Shown here: piece by piece, positions 1-10,091 of the stretch
Layout of the letters: each line of letters starts with the position of its first letter
Numbering within the stretch: position 1 is the stretch's first letter
Source: Bacillota bacterium
GTDB taxonomy: Bacteria; Bacillota_I; Bacilli_A; Erysipelotrichales; Erysipelotrichaceae
Reading direction: 5' to 3'
Length of the DNA stretch: 64,000 nt
Assembly (NCBI GenBank): GCA_023388535.1
Contig: JAEWFZ010000014.1
Span: forward strand, 3,873-67,872
Position numbers and translations under genes: made by a program
The notes under the pieces: model-generated
Database searches by the model: none
Told to the model about the DNA's origin: nothing
Seen by the model: only the letters and a program-made list of their open reading frames with translations

Positions 1-812
1 ACAAAAAGATTTCGATTGTGACACCGACCGCACAAACGACGCGTAATTTAATCCGTGGTATTTTAACCAGCGAGAACTATCAGCTGGTCTTCATCGATAC
101 TCCTGGTATTCATAAGCCTAAGGATGAACTGGGTCGCTTATTGAATAAACAGTCCTTTGGAAGTCTCGAAGGCACAGATCTAATCTATTTTGTTGTCGAT
201 GGTAGTTCTTTTTTCGGACCACAAGATCAACAAGTTTACCAACGTTTAGTCGATTTAGATATTCCTGTCTTTTTGATTATCACTAAAATTGATAAATTAA
301 AAAAACCAGAACTAATCGCTAAAATTAATGAATTTACCCAAGACCGTAAGTTTGATGAAATAATCCCAGTTTCTTCGCTAGAGAAGGATAATCTAGATAC
401 TTTGATTGAGGTTAGCTTAAAGTATTTGCCAAGTTCTGACTTTACGTACTATCCCGAAGAAATGATTGTTGATTATCAAGAAAAATTCATGTTAGCTGAG
501 TTGATTCGTGAACAAGTCTTACACGCCATGGATCATGAGATTCCGCATCAAATCACTTGTGTCATTGAAAATCTTCAACATGAGGACGACCATAGCTACG
601 TACAAGGTTTAATTTTAGTCGAAAGAGAATCACAAAAACCGATGATTCTTGGAAAACAAGGACAAATGATCAAACGCATTCGAACTCAAGCCCAACGGCA
701 GATGCGCATGTATTTAGAAAGAGATGTCGTTTTAGAACTTTATGTACGCGTTGAAAAGGACTGGCGTAATAAACTCAATAAGCTTGAAGCTTTAGGTTTT
801 TCCGATGAATGA
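1..812 (+). CDS. era: GTPase Era; 5' end cut by the window edge (codon phase starts at nt 3)
   Basis: The translation KKISIVTPTAQTTRNLIRGI...DTPGIH...TKIDKL carries GTPase motifs plus a C-terminal KH-like region. The TGA stop overlaps the recO ATG (ATGAATGA). Confidence 0.9.
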   Translation, partial: KKISIVTPTAQTTRNLIRGILTSENYQLVFIDTPGIHKPKDELGRLLNKQSFGSLEGTDLIYFVVDGSSFFGPQDQQVYQRLVDLDIPVFLIITKIDKLKKPELIAKINEFTQDRKFDEIIPVSSLEKDNLDTLIEVSLKYLPSSDFTYYPEEMIVDYQEKFMLAELIREQVLHAMDHEIPHQITCVIENLQHEDDHSYVQGLILVERESQKPMILGKQGQMIKRIRTQAQRQMRMYLERDVVLELYVRVEKDWRNKLNKLEALGFSDE

Positions 813-1503
813 AACTGATTTTGGAATAATATTGGGCAGTCAACCATATCGTGATTTTGATGGATTAGTCTATGTTTTGTTAAAAAAATATGGTGTCCGC
901 ACTTTCTTGTATCGGGGACTATATAAGCCGAACTCTAAACTCTTATCGCGCGCTCAGCTTTATCAAATCTATGAATTTCTTTTTAATTATAAAGAAAGTG
1001 GATTACTGATTCCTAAATCAATTACCCTTAAAGAAAATTTTATTCATTTACAAAATGATGCTTATAAACAAATCTTAGCGGCGGTTCTCTTTGAACTTCG
1101 TGCTATTTTGGATCAGGAATATGATTTGGTAGCCTCTTTTCTATCAAATCTCGATCAAAAGGATCAAGCGATATTAGTTTTTCTAATTTTTTTAAGTGAA
1201 TTACTCAATCATAACGGTTTACAACCGATGGTTGACTTTGATGTCCATCATCGTCAACAAAAAGTTGCTTCTTTTTCGATCGAAGAGGGGGGCTTTGTCG
1301 TTTATAATTATAATAATTCTTACAGTAAGGAAGAACTTCAACAAATAAGAAGGATATTCAAAGCGAATTTTGACGTCATCGATAAACTCATGGATATGGA
1401 AATATCTGGCCAAGTCGTCCAAACTATCATCGATTATTTTCGCTTTCATATGCAGTTAGGCCTCAATAGCTGGGAAATATACAAAGAAATAGTATATAAT
1501 TAA
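805..1503 (+). CDS. recO: DNA repair protein RecO
   Basis: 232-aa ORF immediately after era, in the conserved era-recO position. The N-terminal OB-fold-like sequence fits RecO. Confidence 0.8.
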   Translation: MNETDFGIILGSQPYRDFDGLVYVLLKKYGVRTFLYRGLYKPNSKLLSRAQLYQIYEFLFNYKESGLLIPKSITLKENFIHLQNDAYKQILAAVLFELRAILDQEYDLVASFLSNLDQKDQAILVFLIFLSELLNHNGLQPMVDFDVHHRQQKVASFSIEEGGFVVYNYNNSYSKEELQQIRRIFKANFDVIDKLMDMEISGQVVQTIIDYFRFHMQLGLNSWEIYKEIVYN

Positions 1504-1527
1504 TAGGCTTAGTTAAAGGAGTATTGA

Positions 1528-2898
1528 ATGTCAAAAAAGAATTTTGAAGAAATTGCTAACCATTTAAGAACCTCGGGGTTTGTTTTCCAAGGTTCACAAA
1601 TTTATGGCGGTTTAGCTAATACCTGGGATTTCGGTCCCTTAGGCGTTAGTCTAAAACGAAATATTAAAGATCAATGGTACAAAGAATTTATTGATCAGCA
1701 TCCGCTCAATGTAGGCATGGATGCGGCTATTTTAATGAATCCCGCCGTCTGGAAAGCGAGTGGTCATTTAGATACCTTTAGCGATCCGTTGATGGATTGT
1801 CGTAACTGTAAAACAAGACATCGTGCCGATAAACTGATTGAAGAAGTAACTAATCAAGAATTCGATGTTTCAGCCATGACCACAGAAGATATGGAAGCCT
1901 ATATCAAAAACGAAAAAATCGCTTGTCCAAACTGTGGTTCTCATGACTTTACCCCGATTCGTCATTTCAATTTAATGTTTAAAACCTTCCAAGGGGTAAC
2001 TGAGGATTCTAGTAACATTGTTTATTTAAGACCAGAAACCGCCCAAGGTATCTTTGTAAACTTTAAGAATGTCATGCGTTCGATGCGTTTGAAGTTACCG
2101 TTTGGGATTGGTCAAATTGGAAAGTCTTTTAGAAATGAAATTACCCCGGGCAATATGATATTTAGAACCCGTGAATTTGAACAAATGGAATTGGAGTTCT
2201 TCTGCAAGCCAGGTGAGGACTTAAAGTGGTATCAATATTGGTTGGATGCTTCTTTTGATTTTTGTGTTAATTTAGGGGTCAAAGCTGAAAACTTACGCAT
2301 CCGCGATCACTCAGCCGAAGAATTATCCCATTACTCGGTAGCTACTGCGGATATAGAATATCAATTCCCATGGGGATTTGATGAAATCTGGGGCGTGGCC
2401 GATCGTACCGATTTTGATTTAAAACAACACCAAGAACATGCCAAGGAATCCTTTGAAGTGATCGATCCGGAAACCAACGAACGTTTTATTCCGTATTGCG
2501 TTGAACCAAGTGTCGGGGTCGAACGCTTGATGTTAATGGTGATGATTGAAGCTTATGACATCGAAACCTTAGATAATGACGATACGCGGATTGTGATGCG
2601 CTTTAAACCAGAATTAGCGCCATTTCAAGTAGCCGTCTTGCCATTATCACGTAAACTGGCTCCAGAAGCGAGCGAAGTTTATCATAAACTGCTAAAAACA
2701 TTTAGAGCTACTTACGATGAAACGGCCTCAATTGGTAAACGCTATCGTCGTCAGGATGCGATTGGAACCCCATATTGTGTAACCTTTGATTTTGATAGTT
2801 TAGAAGACCAAAAAGTAACGGTGAGACATCGCGATTCGATGGAACAAACTCGGGTTGACATCGATCAGTTAATCGATTATTTATCCAAAATGATCTAG
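1528..2898 (+). CDS. glyQS: Glycine--tRNA ligase, single-chain dimeric (alpha2) type
   Basis: 456 aa with class II aaRS motifs ([13 protein letters not shown]) and a C-terminal anticodon-binding domain. SD AAAGGAG lies 6 nt upstream of the ATG. Confidence 0.9.
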   Translation: MSKKNFEEIANHLRTSGFVFQGSQIYGGLANTWDFGPLGVSLKRNIKDQWYKEFIDQHPLNVGMDAAILMNPAVWKASGHLDTFSDPLMDCRNCKTRHRADKLIEEVTNQEFDVSAMTTEDMEAYIKNEKIACPNCGSHDFTPIRHFNLMFKTFQGVTEDSSNIVYLRPETAQGIFVNFKNVMRSMRLKLPFGIGQIGKSFRNEITPGNMIFRTREFEQMELEFFCKPGEDLKWYQYWLDASFDFCVNLGVKAENLRIRDHSAEELSHYSVATADIEYQFPWGFDEIWGVADRTDFDLKQHQEHAKESFEVIDPETNERFIPYCVEPSVGVERLMLMVMIEAYDIETLDNDDTRIVMRFKPELAPFQVAVLPLSRKLAPEASEVYHKLLKTFRATYDETASIGKRYRRQDAIGTPYCVTFDFDSLEDQKVTVRHRDSMEQTRVDIDQLIDYLSKMI

Positions 2899-2905
2899 GA
2901 ATTAT

Positions 2906-4672
2906 ATGTCATATATTGATCAAAAGACTTTAGATGAACTAAGAAGCAAAGCCGATATTGCGGATGTCATTGGTAACTATCTTCCGTTAACCAAAAAAGG
3001 AAGCAATTTTGTGGCGCTTTGTCCTTTTCATGACGATAGTAATCCCAGCTTAAATATCAACCGCGAGAAACAAATATTTAAATGTTTTGTTTGTAACGCT
3101 GGGGGTAATGTCTTTTCCTTTGTTCAGCGTTACGAAGGTATTTCTTTTGTCGAAGCGGTCAGTAAAATTGCTAATTTAGTTGGCTTTAGTTTAAATCTTG
3201 ATTTGAGTCATCAACCCAAAATTGACCCTCAAATTAAAGAAATGTACGACTTAGTCGATGAAGTTTTACGATTTACCCGCTATCAACTCAAAAACGATAG
3301 CAATGAAGCCTTACAAGCTTTTCTAAAAGCGCGTCATTTGGATGCTAATACGGCCAATTATTTTGAACTTGGCTACAATGGTGGCGACAATATCATGACC
3401 AATTTTTTGAAACAAAAAAATTATCCAGATGAGCTGTTAGTTAAAGTCGATGTCGCCAAACTGGTGGATGAACGTTTGCGTGATACCTTCTTTAATCGGG
3501 TCTTGTTTCCGATTCACAACGATCAAGGTCAAGTCGTAGCCTTTAGCGGCCGTAGTATCCAAGCCGATAATGCGGTTAAATACATTAATACCGCCAATAC
3601 GCCAATTTATCAAAAGGGCGATATTCTTTACAATTACCACCGCGTCTTAGATCCGCTGCTCAAAGCCGAAGCGGTGATTCTCTGTGAAGGGGTTATGGAT
3701 GTGATTGCCTTTTATAAAGCTGGTTTTAAAAAAGTAGTCGCCAGTCTAGGAACGGCATTGACTAAGGAACAAATCCAGAAACTTAAAGGCCTACGATCTG
3801 AAATTATCCTAGCTTACGATGGCGATAAAGCGGGAAAAACCGCCAGCTATCAAATTGGTAAAGCATTGATAAAAGAAAATCTTAAAGTCAGTTTGATGAA
3901 TAATAAATCCACCTTTGACCCGGATGATATAATCCGCAAGGAAGGGAAAGAGGCTTTAGTACGCATGATTAATGAACCTCAACATTGGTTAGAATTTGTT
4001 ATCGACTATGGGTTTACGCTCTTTAATTTAACCGCTTATGAAGGCCGAAAGGATTATGCTCAATTCGTTTTATCCCATTTAGTAAATATTGATCCTTTAG
4101 ATCAAGCCACATTTTTGAGAAAACTTTCCACCATTAGTCAATTTGAACTTGAAGATTTACAAGCTCAAATAAAAACTATCCATAAACAAGAAACAACCCG
4201 CATTCAAGCCGTTAAACCAACGGTTAAGGAAAAAATTGATATCTTAAACGTTGAGAAAGAAATCTTAGTCTATCTCTTAAACTCCAAGCAATTCGCTTTA
4301 TATTTCAGAGACAATTTAGGATACTTAATTCATCCACAATGGACTAATTTAGCACTGATGCTGGTTGATATGTATAATCAAACGCCGCAGTTAGACATGG
4401 CTTCAGTCTTGTCGCTACCACTCAGTAGCGCTCAGCACGAAGTTTTAGTATCATTGATAGAGAATGAACTTTACGATTATGAAATGACCTTAGATGGACT
4501 CAAAGCAGCCATTAAACAAATTGAAATCATTGATCTAGAAGGACTACTCGAACAATTAGAGAAGAAAGCTCATGCTGAAATGCTGGCCGAAAAAAAGGCG
4601 CAGTATACGTTACAAATGATAGAAATCCAACACAAAATCGAACTACTGTTAGAGGAGGAAGATGATGAGTAA
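2906..4672 (+). CDS. dnaG: DNA primase
   Basis: Contains the zinc-ribbon [11 protein letters not shown]...CFVC and TOPRIM motifs (EGVMDVI, DGDKAG). Conserved dnaG-sigA pairing. Confidence 0.92.
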   Translation: MSYIDQKTLDELRSKADIADVIGNYLPLTKKGSNFVALCPFHDDSNPSLNINREKQIFKCFVCNAGGNVFSFVQRYEGISFVEAVSKIANLVGFSLNLDLSHQPKIDPQIKEMYDLVDEVLRFTRYQLKNDSNEALQAFLKARHLDANTANYFELGYNGGDNIMTNFLKQKNYPDELLVKVDVAKLVDERLRDTFFNRVLFPIHNDQGQVVAFSGRSIQADNAVKYINTANTPIYQKGDILYNYHRVLDPLLKAEAVILCEGVMDVIAFYKAGFKKVVASLGTALTKEQIQKLKGLRSEIILAYDGDKAGKTASYQIGKALIKENLKVSLMNNKSTFDPDDIIRKEGKEALVRMINEPQHWLEFVIDYGFTLFNLTAYEGRKDYAQFVLSHLVNIDPLDQATFLRKLSTISQFELEDLQAQIKTIHKQETTRIQAVKPTVKEKIDILNVEKEILVYLLNSKQFALYFRDNLGYLIHPQWTNLALMLVDMYNQTPQLDMASVLSLPLSSAQHEVLVSLIENELYDYEMTLDGLKAAIKQIEIIDLEGLLEQLEKKAHAEMLAEKKAQYTLQMIEIQHKIELLLEEEDDE

Positions 4673-6050
4673 AAAGAAAAAAGCAAAGGCTGATTTATTA
4701 ACCTTAGACCAAATCAAAGCTAAGCTATTAGAAGAAGCCAAAAAAGACAGCGTTATCTCGCAAAAATACTTTGATGACTTAACTAAAAATTTAGAATTAT
4801 CCGATGAAGATACCGACGATTTGATTGAATGGTTTGCTGAAGAAAAAATAGATTTAGAAGGGGCAGACCCTGATGAAGACGACGAGGTTGAAACCGATGA
4901 GGTTGCCTTAGAAGCCGATGATAGTGATTTACGTGATTATATAGATGAAGAAAGCGACGAACCTTTTGACGATTCTGTTAACGTCGTTGATTTAGATAGT
5001 TATATTAATAAAAATTTAACCGTGGCTAATATGCGGGTTAACGACCCAGTTAAATTGTATTTAAAGGAAATTGGTTATGTTAACTTGCTAGAACCTGAAG
5101 ATGAGCCGGAAATTGCTCGTAGAATCGAAGATGGGCTCTATGCGGAAACTTTATTACTAGAAAAATATGAAGAATTATCCGGTAATGCCATCTATAAACC
5201 AAACGAACAAAGAATCGAATATACTGAAACGATTGAGCGAGAGCTTTATGAATTATCGAAAGATGATGAAGGGAATTTAGCTTATTTTAATAACTGTTCC
5301 GCCACCCGTTTGGATGGACAACAAGCGAAGCGCATTCTTATCTCGGCGAATTTACGTTTAGTTGTTTCGATTGCTAAAAAATATGTTGGTCGAGGCATGT
5401 CCTTCTTAGATTTAATTCAAGAAGGGAATATGGGTTTAGTTAAAGCCGTCGAAAAATTTGATTATACTAAAGGATTTAAGTTTTCTACCTATGCGACTTG
5501 GTGGATTCGTCAAGCGATTACCCGTGCTATCGCCGACCAAGCACGCACGATTCGTATTCCCGTCCATATGGTTGAAACCATTAACAAATTGACGCGGATT
5601 CAACGTCAGTTAGTCCAAGTTTATGGCCGTGATCCAAGCGCTGAAGAAATAGCGGAAGCGATGGCGAATGTAACCGCGGAGAAAGTTCGTGAAATTCAAA
5701 AGATTTCCCTTGAACCAGTTTCTTTAGAAACCCCAATCGGTGAAGAAGATGATTCCCACCTGGGTGATTTTATCGAAGATAAAGAAATCATGTCTCCAGA
5801 TGAATATGCGAATAATGAGCTTTTGAAACAAGAAATTAATATGGTTTTAGAAGGTCTAACCGAGCGCGAAGAAAAAGTATTAAGAATGCGTTTTGGGCTT
5901 TACGATGGCCGGACCCGTACTTTAGAGGAAGTTGGAAAAGAATTCAACGTTACCCGGGAACGGATTCGTCAAATTGAAGCGAAAGCCCTACGTAAACTAA
6001 AACACCCATCACGTAGCAAACGTTTACGTGATTTCATGGATCGTAACTAG
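4662..6050 (+). CDS. sigA: Primary RNA polymerase sigma factor (sigma-70/SigA)
   Basis: Regions 2-4 are unambiguous ([62 protein letters not shown]). It overlaps the dnaG end by 11 nt. Confidence 0.95.
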   Translation: MMSKKKKAKADLLTLDQIKAKLLEEAKKDSVISQKYFDDLTKNLELSDEDTDDLIEWFAEEKIDLEGADPDEDDEVETDEVALEADDSDLRDYIDEESDEPFDDSVNVVDLDSYINKNLTVANMRVNDPVKLYLKEIGYVNLLEPEDEPEIARRIEDGLYAETLLLEKYEELSGNAIYKPNEQRIEYTETIERELYELSKDDEGNLAYFNNCSATRLDGQQAKRILISANLRLVVSIAKKYVGRGMSFLDLIQEGNMGLVKAVEKFDYTKGFKFSTYATWWIRQAITRAIADQARTIRIPVHMVETINKLTRIQRQLVQVYGRDPSAEEIAEAMANVTAEKVREIQKISLEPVSLETPIGEEDDSHLGDFIEDKEIMSPDEYANNELLKQEINMVLEGLTEREEKVLRMRFGLYDGRTRTLEEVGKEFNVTRERIRQIEAKALRKLKHPSRSKRLRDFMDRN

Positions 6051-6052
6051 TT

Positions 6053-6709
6053 ATGCGTCTTTCGCTACGCTTACAAGAAATATTAAATATTATTCAGCCA
6101 GTCGAAGTACTGGCTGATATTGGTTCTGACCATGGAAAATTGATAGCAGCGGCTTTTAAAGCCGGTAAATGCCAGCGTGCTATTGTTACCGACATCAACC
6201 CCAAACCTTTGTTAAGAGCCCAAGAAACACTTCTAAAGGCGGGTTACGCCAGTAAAACCCAGTTCTATGAAAGCGATGGGATGCGGCAGGTTGCTAAAAA
6301 CGCCAACGCCTGGATTATAGCTGGAATGGGGGCGATGTTAATTCAAAAAATCATCAGCGATTCCATGGACAAAGCCAAGCAAGTCGAACAATTAATTGTT
6401 TGCCCGCATCACCAACCGGAACTCTTACGTCAGTATATGGCTGAAAGAGGCTTTGAGTTGCTGGAAGAAACATTGGTTCTGGATGGTCATTATTATTGGA
6501 TTTTAAAGTATAAATATAATGGCCATAAAAAAACGCTTAGTTTAAAAGAGCAGTATTTTGGTAATTTAGAAAATCCGCTCGTCCATCAATATGTTTTAGA
6601 GCAATATAAAAAGCATTCACCGTACCAAGCGTTAAATGAGAAGTCAAAAACAATTATTGAAACTATAACTAGAGAATTTTCTCAAGTTCTACTGCAGGAA
6701 GCGGAGTAG
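6053..6709 (+). CDS. trmK: tRNA (adenine22-N1)-methyltransferase TrmK-like (YqfN family)
   Basis: 218 aa with an SAM-binding start (LADIGSDHGKL...VTDINP). It sits downstream of sigA as in Bacillus. Confidence 0.7.
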   Translation: MRLSLRLQEILNIIQPVEVLADIGSDHGKLIAAAFKAGKCQRAIVTDINPKPLLRAQETLLKAGYASKTQFYESDGMRQVAKNANAWIIAGMGAMLIQKIISDSMDKAKQVEQLIVCPHHQPELLRQYMAERGFELLEETLVLDGHYYWILKYKYNGHKKTLSLKEQYFGNLENPLVHQYVLEQYKKHSPYQALNEKSKTIIETITREFSQVLLQEAE

Positions 6710-7580
6710 GCTTATCAAGATCGACATGAATTAAATAATCAATAATTTGATTGGTTAAATAGGTTGGGGTAGAGGCACCAGAAGTGATGCCAACGCGCCA
6801 ATCTTTTTTAAATTTAGAAATATCCAAATCTTCAATGGACTCCATCTTAAAGATATTTGGAATATTTTTTTCTTGACCAATTGAAGCTAACATCTGTGTG
6901 TTATTGCTATGGGGATCGCCAACGACCACTAGCGCATCAAGGTTTTCGCTCTCAATAATAGCCAGTTGACGAAAGCGGGTGGCGGCACAGATTTCATTAG
7001 TAATATCCGCCAGCGGATAGCGCTTGATTATCGAATCAAAAATATCCTCAATTTGTAAGGTAGAAAGGGTGGTTTGATTGGAAACGAAGGGGTCAATACT
7101 TTCTAATTCTAAAGCTTCGACATCACTTATCTTGGTCACAAAATGAACCTCTGGAAAGGACTCGGTAATCGCCAGAGATTCTGGATGATTGGCGCGGCCC
7201 ACATAAATCACCTCTTTACCCAGATTGAGCTGTTGTTTAATCAAATCAAAGGTGCTAGCAACGTCTTCACAGGTCGCATCCAATGTGGTTAAATTAAGCT
7301 CAGCAGCCCGCTGTTTAATCAAGCTACTGACGCCGTGCGCCGAGAAGATAACGATGCCATCTTCGATATCATCTAAGAGATCAATCCGTGCTCTGGATCG
7401 GTCTTCTAAGGTTTTAATGTTATAATAATTAAGTGCATCAACGACAAATCGATTGTGAACAATCGAGCCTAAAATGGTAATCGGTGTATCGGGATGATCG
7501 ATACGAGCTTGCTTGGCTAATTGTAAGGCGCGAACGACCCCCTTACAAAAGCCTCGTGGTCGTAGAGGTATAATTTCCAT
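6669..7580 (-). CDS. ispH: 4-hydroxy-3-methylbut-2-enyl diphosphate reductase
   Basis: 303 aa with the LytB family signature (PRGFCKGV, HNRFVV, CEDV...). Its 3' end overlaps the trmK 3' end by 41 nt (convergent). Confidence 0.9.
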   Translation of the reverse strand: MEIIPLRPRGFCKGVVRALQLAKQARIDHPDTPITILGSIVHNRFVVDALNYYNIKTLEDRSRARIDLLDDIEDGIVIFSAHGVSSLIKQRAAELNLTTLDATCEDVASTFDLIKQQLNLGKEVIYVGRANHPESLAITESFPEVHFVTKISDVEALELESIDPFVSNQTTLSTLQIEDIFDSIIKRYPLADITNEICAATRFRQLAIIESENLDALVVVGDPHSNNTQMLASIGQEKNIPNIFKMESIEDLDISKFKKDWRVGITSGASTPTYLTNQIIDYLIHVDLDKPTPLPAVELEKIL

Positions 7581-7632
7581 AATCGTCTCCTTTTTATCAA
7601 TATATCATATAATCACTCAGGAGGTTATATTA

Positions 7633-8961
7633 ATGAACTACTTAAAACGCTCCCAACATTGGCAACAACATTTAGGGTTTGAAAGCCTAACTCCCATCCA
7701 AGAACAAACCTACGATGTGTTAATGCATCGTCGTGATTTAATTGCGCGCTCCCAGACCGGTACCGGTAAAAGCCATGCGTTCTTATTTCCGCTATTAGAT
7801 CAGATTAATTTTGAAAATAATCAGGTTCAAGCCATCATTTTGACGCCAACTCGAGAATTGGCCATGCAACTTTGGCAAATGGCCAGAACCGCTCAAGAAA
7901 TTTATCCAGAATTAAAGCTTAACTTAGTCATCGGTGGTTCCGACCGGGAGAAGATGATTCAAAGCTTAAGCAATCAACCGCCGCATATTATTATCGGCTC
8001 GGTAGGGCGGGTCAATGATGTCATGAAAGAAGGGGCCTTTAGCCCCCAATCTTTACGCACGATTATTTTGGACGAAGCCGATATGATTTGGGAATATGGC
8101 TTTTTTGAAGATGTTAGTTCTATTTTAAACTTAGTTACCCAAAAACCTCAACTTGTCGTTTTTAGTGCTACTTTGCCGACGGAGTTACAATCCTTTTTAC
8201 GACGAGCGATGCTGACGCCAACCACGATCGAAATAGAAGATAGTCAAGATCTAGCACCAAATATTGACTATTATCTGGTCAATCGTAAACATCGAGATTA
8301 TCCTTCGATGGTTTTAAACCTATTGGATACTTTTGTACCAGCTGGTTTATTGATTTTTGCTAATTCGCGAAAGGAAGTAGCTGAAATTGCGGAGTACTTG
8401 CGCCAACATCAAATCCAATTGTTGGAATTACATGGCGATCTTAGTCCAAGAGCGCGCCGTCAAGTCTTACAGCGCATTCAAAATGAAGACGTCTCAATTT
8501 TAGTCTGTTCGGATATCGCCGCCCGTGGTATTGATTTACCGATGGTTTCCCATGTCATCTCCTGTGGTTTTCCAAGACAAATTGAATATTTTGTTCACCG
8601 GGCTGGTAGAACCGGTCGTATGGGGCAACATGGTATCTGCATCACCTTGTTTAATCAAGGAGATTTAAAAACGATTAATAATTTAAAAAATCAAGGCATT
8701 CCGTTCACCTATAAGCGAATCAAAGATCAACAATTGGTCGATGACATCCCGTTTTTACAACGGATCAACAAACCAAAGGAATATGATCCTGAAGTCAAAG
8801 CCATCCTCAATCGAAAGGATACCAAAGTTAAGCCGAATTATAAGAAAAAACGACGTCAACAGATTGATAAAATCATGCGTCGTAAACGTCGTGAGAAGAT
8901 ACGAGAAGAAATTAATAAACAAAAAATTGAACGGGCAAAAGCCAAACAAAGAAATAGATAA
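7633..8961 (+). CDS. DEAD-box ATP-dependent RNA helicase with a basic C-terminal tail
   Basis: Motifs TGTGKSHAF, DEAD, SAT and HRAGRTGR are present. I prefer the ATG at 7633 (SD CAGGAGG 8 nt upstream) over the ORF-track start at 7513, which overlaps ispH. Confidence 0.85.
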   Translation: MNYLKRSQHWQQHLGFESLTPIQEQTYDVLMHRRDLIARSQTGTGKSHAFLFPLLDQINFENNQVQAIILTPTRELAMQLWQMARTAQEIYPELKLNLVIGGSDREKMIQSLSNQPPHIIIGSVGRVNDVMKEGAFSPQSLRTIILDEADMIWEYGFFEDVSSILNLVTQKPQLVVFSATLPTELQSFLRRAMLTPTTIEIEDSQDLAPNIDYYLVNRKHRDYPSMVLNLLDTFVPAGLLIFANSRKEVAEIAEYLRQHQIQLLELHGDLSPRARRQVLQRIQNEDVSILVCSDIAARGIDLPMVSHVISCGFPRQIEYFVHRAGRTGRMGQHGICITLFNQGDLKTINNLKNQGIPFTYKRIKDQQLVDDIPFLQRINKPKEYDPEVKAILNRKDTKVKPNYKKKRRQQIDKIMRRKRREKIREEINKQKIERAKAKQRNR

Positions 8962-10026
8962 TTACTCTTCTTCCATCATTTTTAAGATTTCAGCTTTAAG
9001 TGTCTCAACCAATAGGGCTTGAGGCACTTTTTTTACCACTTTACCTTTTTTAAACAGCAAAGCTTCTTCCTTACCGCCAGCAATGCCAATATCGGCACGG
9101 GAGGCTTCCTGAGGACCATTGACGGCACAGCCCATAATCGCCACTTGAATATCGGTCTTTAGTCCAGATAAAAAGGTTTCTATTTCTTTGACATAAGGGA
9201 GCATATTATATTGTAATCGCCCACAGGTCGGACAGGATACTAAATCAGGGACATCATCAATTAAATCAAACGCTTTTAGTAAGAGTTTTGCTATTTTCAT
9301 TTCTTCGACAGGATCATCGGAAACTGAAATACGCATTGTATCGCCAATGCCTTCATAGAGTAAAGTACCTAGAGCCGCGCTAGATTTAATGGCGGAAGGT
9401 AATAAGGGACCGGCTTCGGTCACACCCAAATGTAAAGGATATTCAAAGGTTTTGGCGGCTAATCGATAGGTATCGATGGTCAAGCGGACATCGGAAGCTT
9501 TAAACGATAAGATGACATCATGAAAATCAAGTTCTTTTAATATATTTAAATGTAAGTGGGCGGATTCAATCATCGCTTCCGGGGTAGGTTTTCCATACTT
9601 ACTTAAGATATTGGCTTCTAAGGAGCCGCTGTTAACACCGATGCGAATTGGGATCTTTCGTTTCTTACAAGCTTCAACCACCAGCGCGACATGCTCTTTG
9701 TTGCCAAGATTTCCAGGGTTAATGCGAATTTTATCCACCCCAGATTCGATGGCAGCGAGCGCTAATTGATAATTAAAATGAATATCCGCCACTAAAGGCG
9801 CGAAGATCTCCTTTTTTATTTCCTTAATCGCCAGCGCATCTTCCATATCCAAAATGGCTAATCGAACAATTTGACAACCATTGCTTAGCAGTTGCTTAAT
9901 TTGAAATACGGTACTTTCTACATCCTTGGTTTTCGTGTTAGTCATCGATTGTAGGATGACTTGATTTAAAGAACCGATGGTATAGGGACCAACTTTTACC
10001 GGTCTAGTGGTCGTGCGTGTGTACAT
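8962..10026 (-). CDS. ispG: 4-hydroxy-3-methylbut-2-en-1-yl diphosphate synthase
   Basis: 354 aa of the GcpE family, with the C-terminal CPTCGR...GCAVNGP Fe-S cysteines. Its stop codon abuts the helicase stop with a 0-nt spacer. Confidence 0.9.
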   Translation of the reverse strand: MYTRTTTRPVKVGPYTIGSLNQVILQSMTNTKTKDVESTVFQIKQLLSNGCQIVRLAILDMEDALAIKEIKKEIFAPLVADIHFNYQLALAAIESGVDKIRINPGNLGNKEHVALVVEACKKRKIPIRIGVNSGSLEANILSKYGKPTPEAMIESAHLHLNILKELDFHDVILSFKASDVRLTIDTYRLAAKTFEYPLHLGVTEAGPLLPSAIKSSAALGTLLYEGIGDTMRISVSDDPVEEMKIAKLLLKAFDLIDDVPDLVSCPTCGRLQYNMLPYVKEIETFLSGLKTDIQVAIMGCAVNGPQEASRADIGIAGGKEEALLFKKGKVVKKVPQALLVETLKAEILKMMEEE

Positions 10027-10091
10027 CTTATCACCTCCTAGCCATTATATCATTATCTAGGAAATTCGGTTATAATTACATCGGAGATAGT

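Noticed and set aside
1219-1449. 76-aa minus-strand ORF inside recO. Similar embedded antisense ORFs lie at 3437-3640, 7225-7425, 8755-8949, 16440-16718, 17917-18099, 18185-18427, 24508-24786, 25334-25591, 26843-27028, 30038-30229, 31640-31849, 33023-33250, 36127-36411, 38265-38513, 39054-39670, 40053-40384, 41666-45344, 48823-50088, 54311-54565, 56250-56483, 58943-59812, 61720-62013 and 62652-62966.
   Set aside because: Each lies wholly or largely within a long, confidently identified gene on the other strand or in another frame. They have low-complexity or odd composition and no SD. They are shadow ORFs typical of AT-rich coding DNA.
7513-7632. N-terminal 40-aa extension of the DEAD-box helicase ORF. 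The PBP ORF has a similar extension at 10017-10091.
   Set aside because: These extensions overlap the divergent ispH and ispG starts and promoters and lack an SD. Internal ATGs with strong SDs give canonical N-termini.
8741-9022. 93-aa plus-strand ORF spanning the helicase/ispG junction.
   Set aside because: It is an alternative frame of the lysine/arginine-rich helicase tail and the ispG 3' end, with no independent support.
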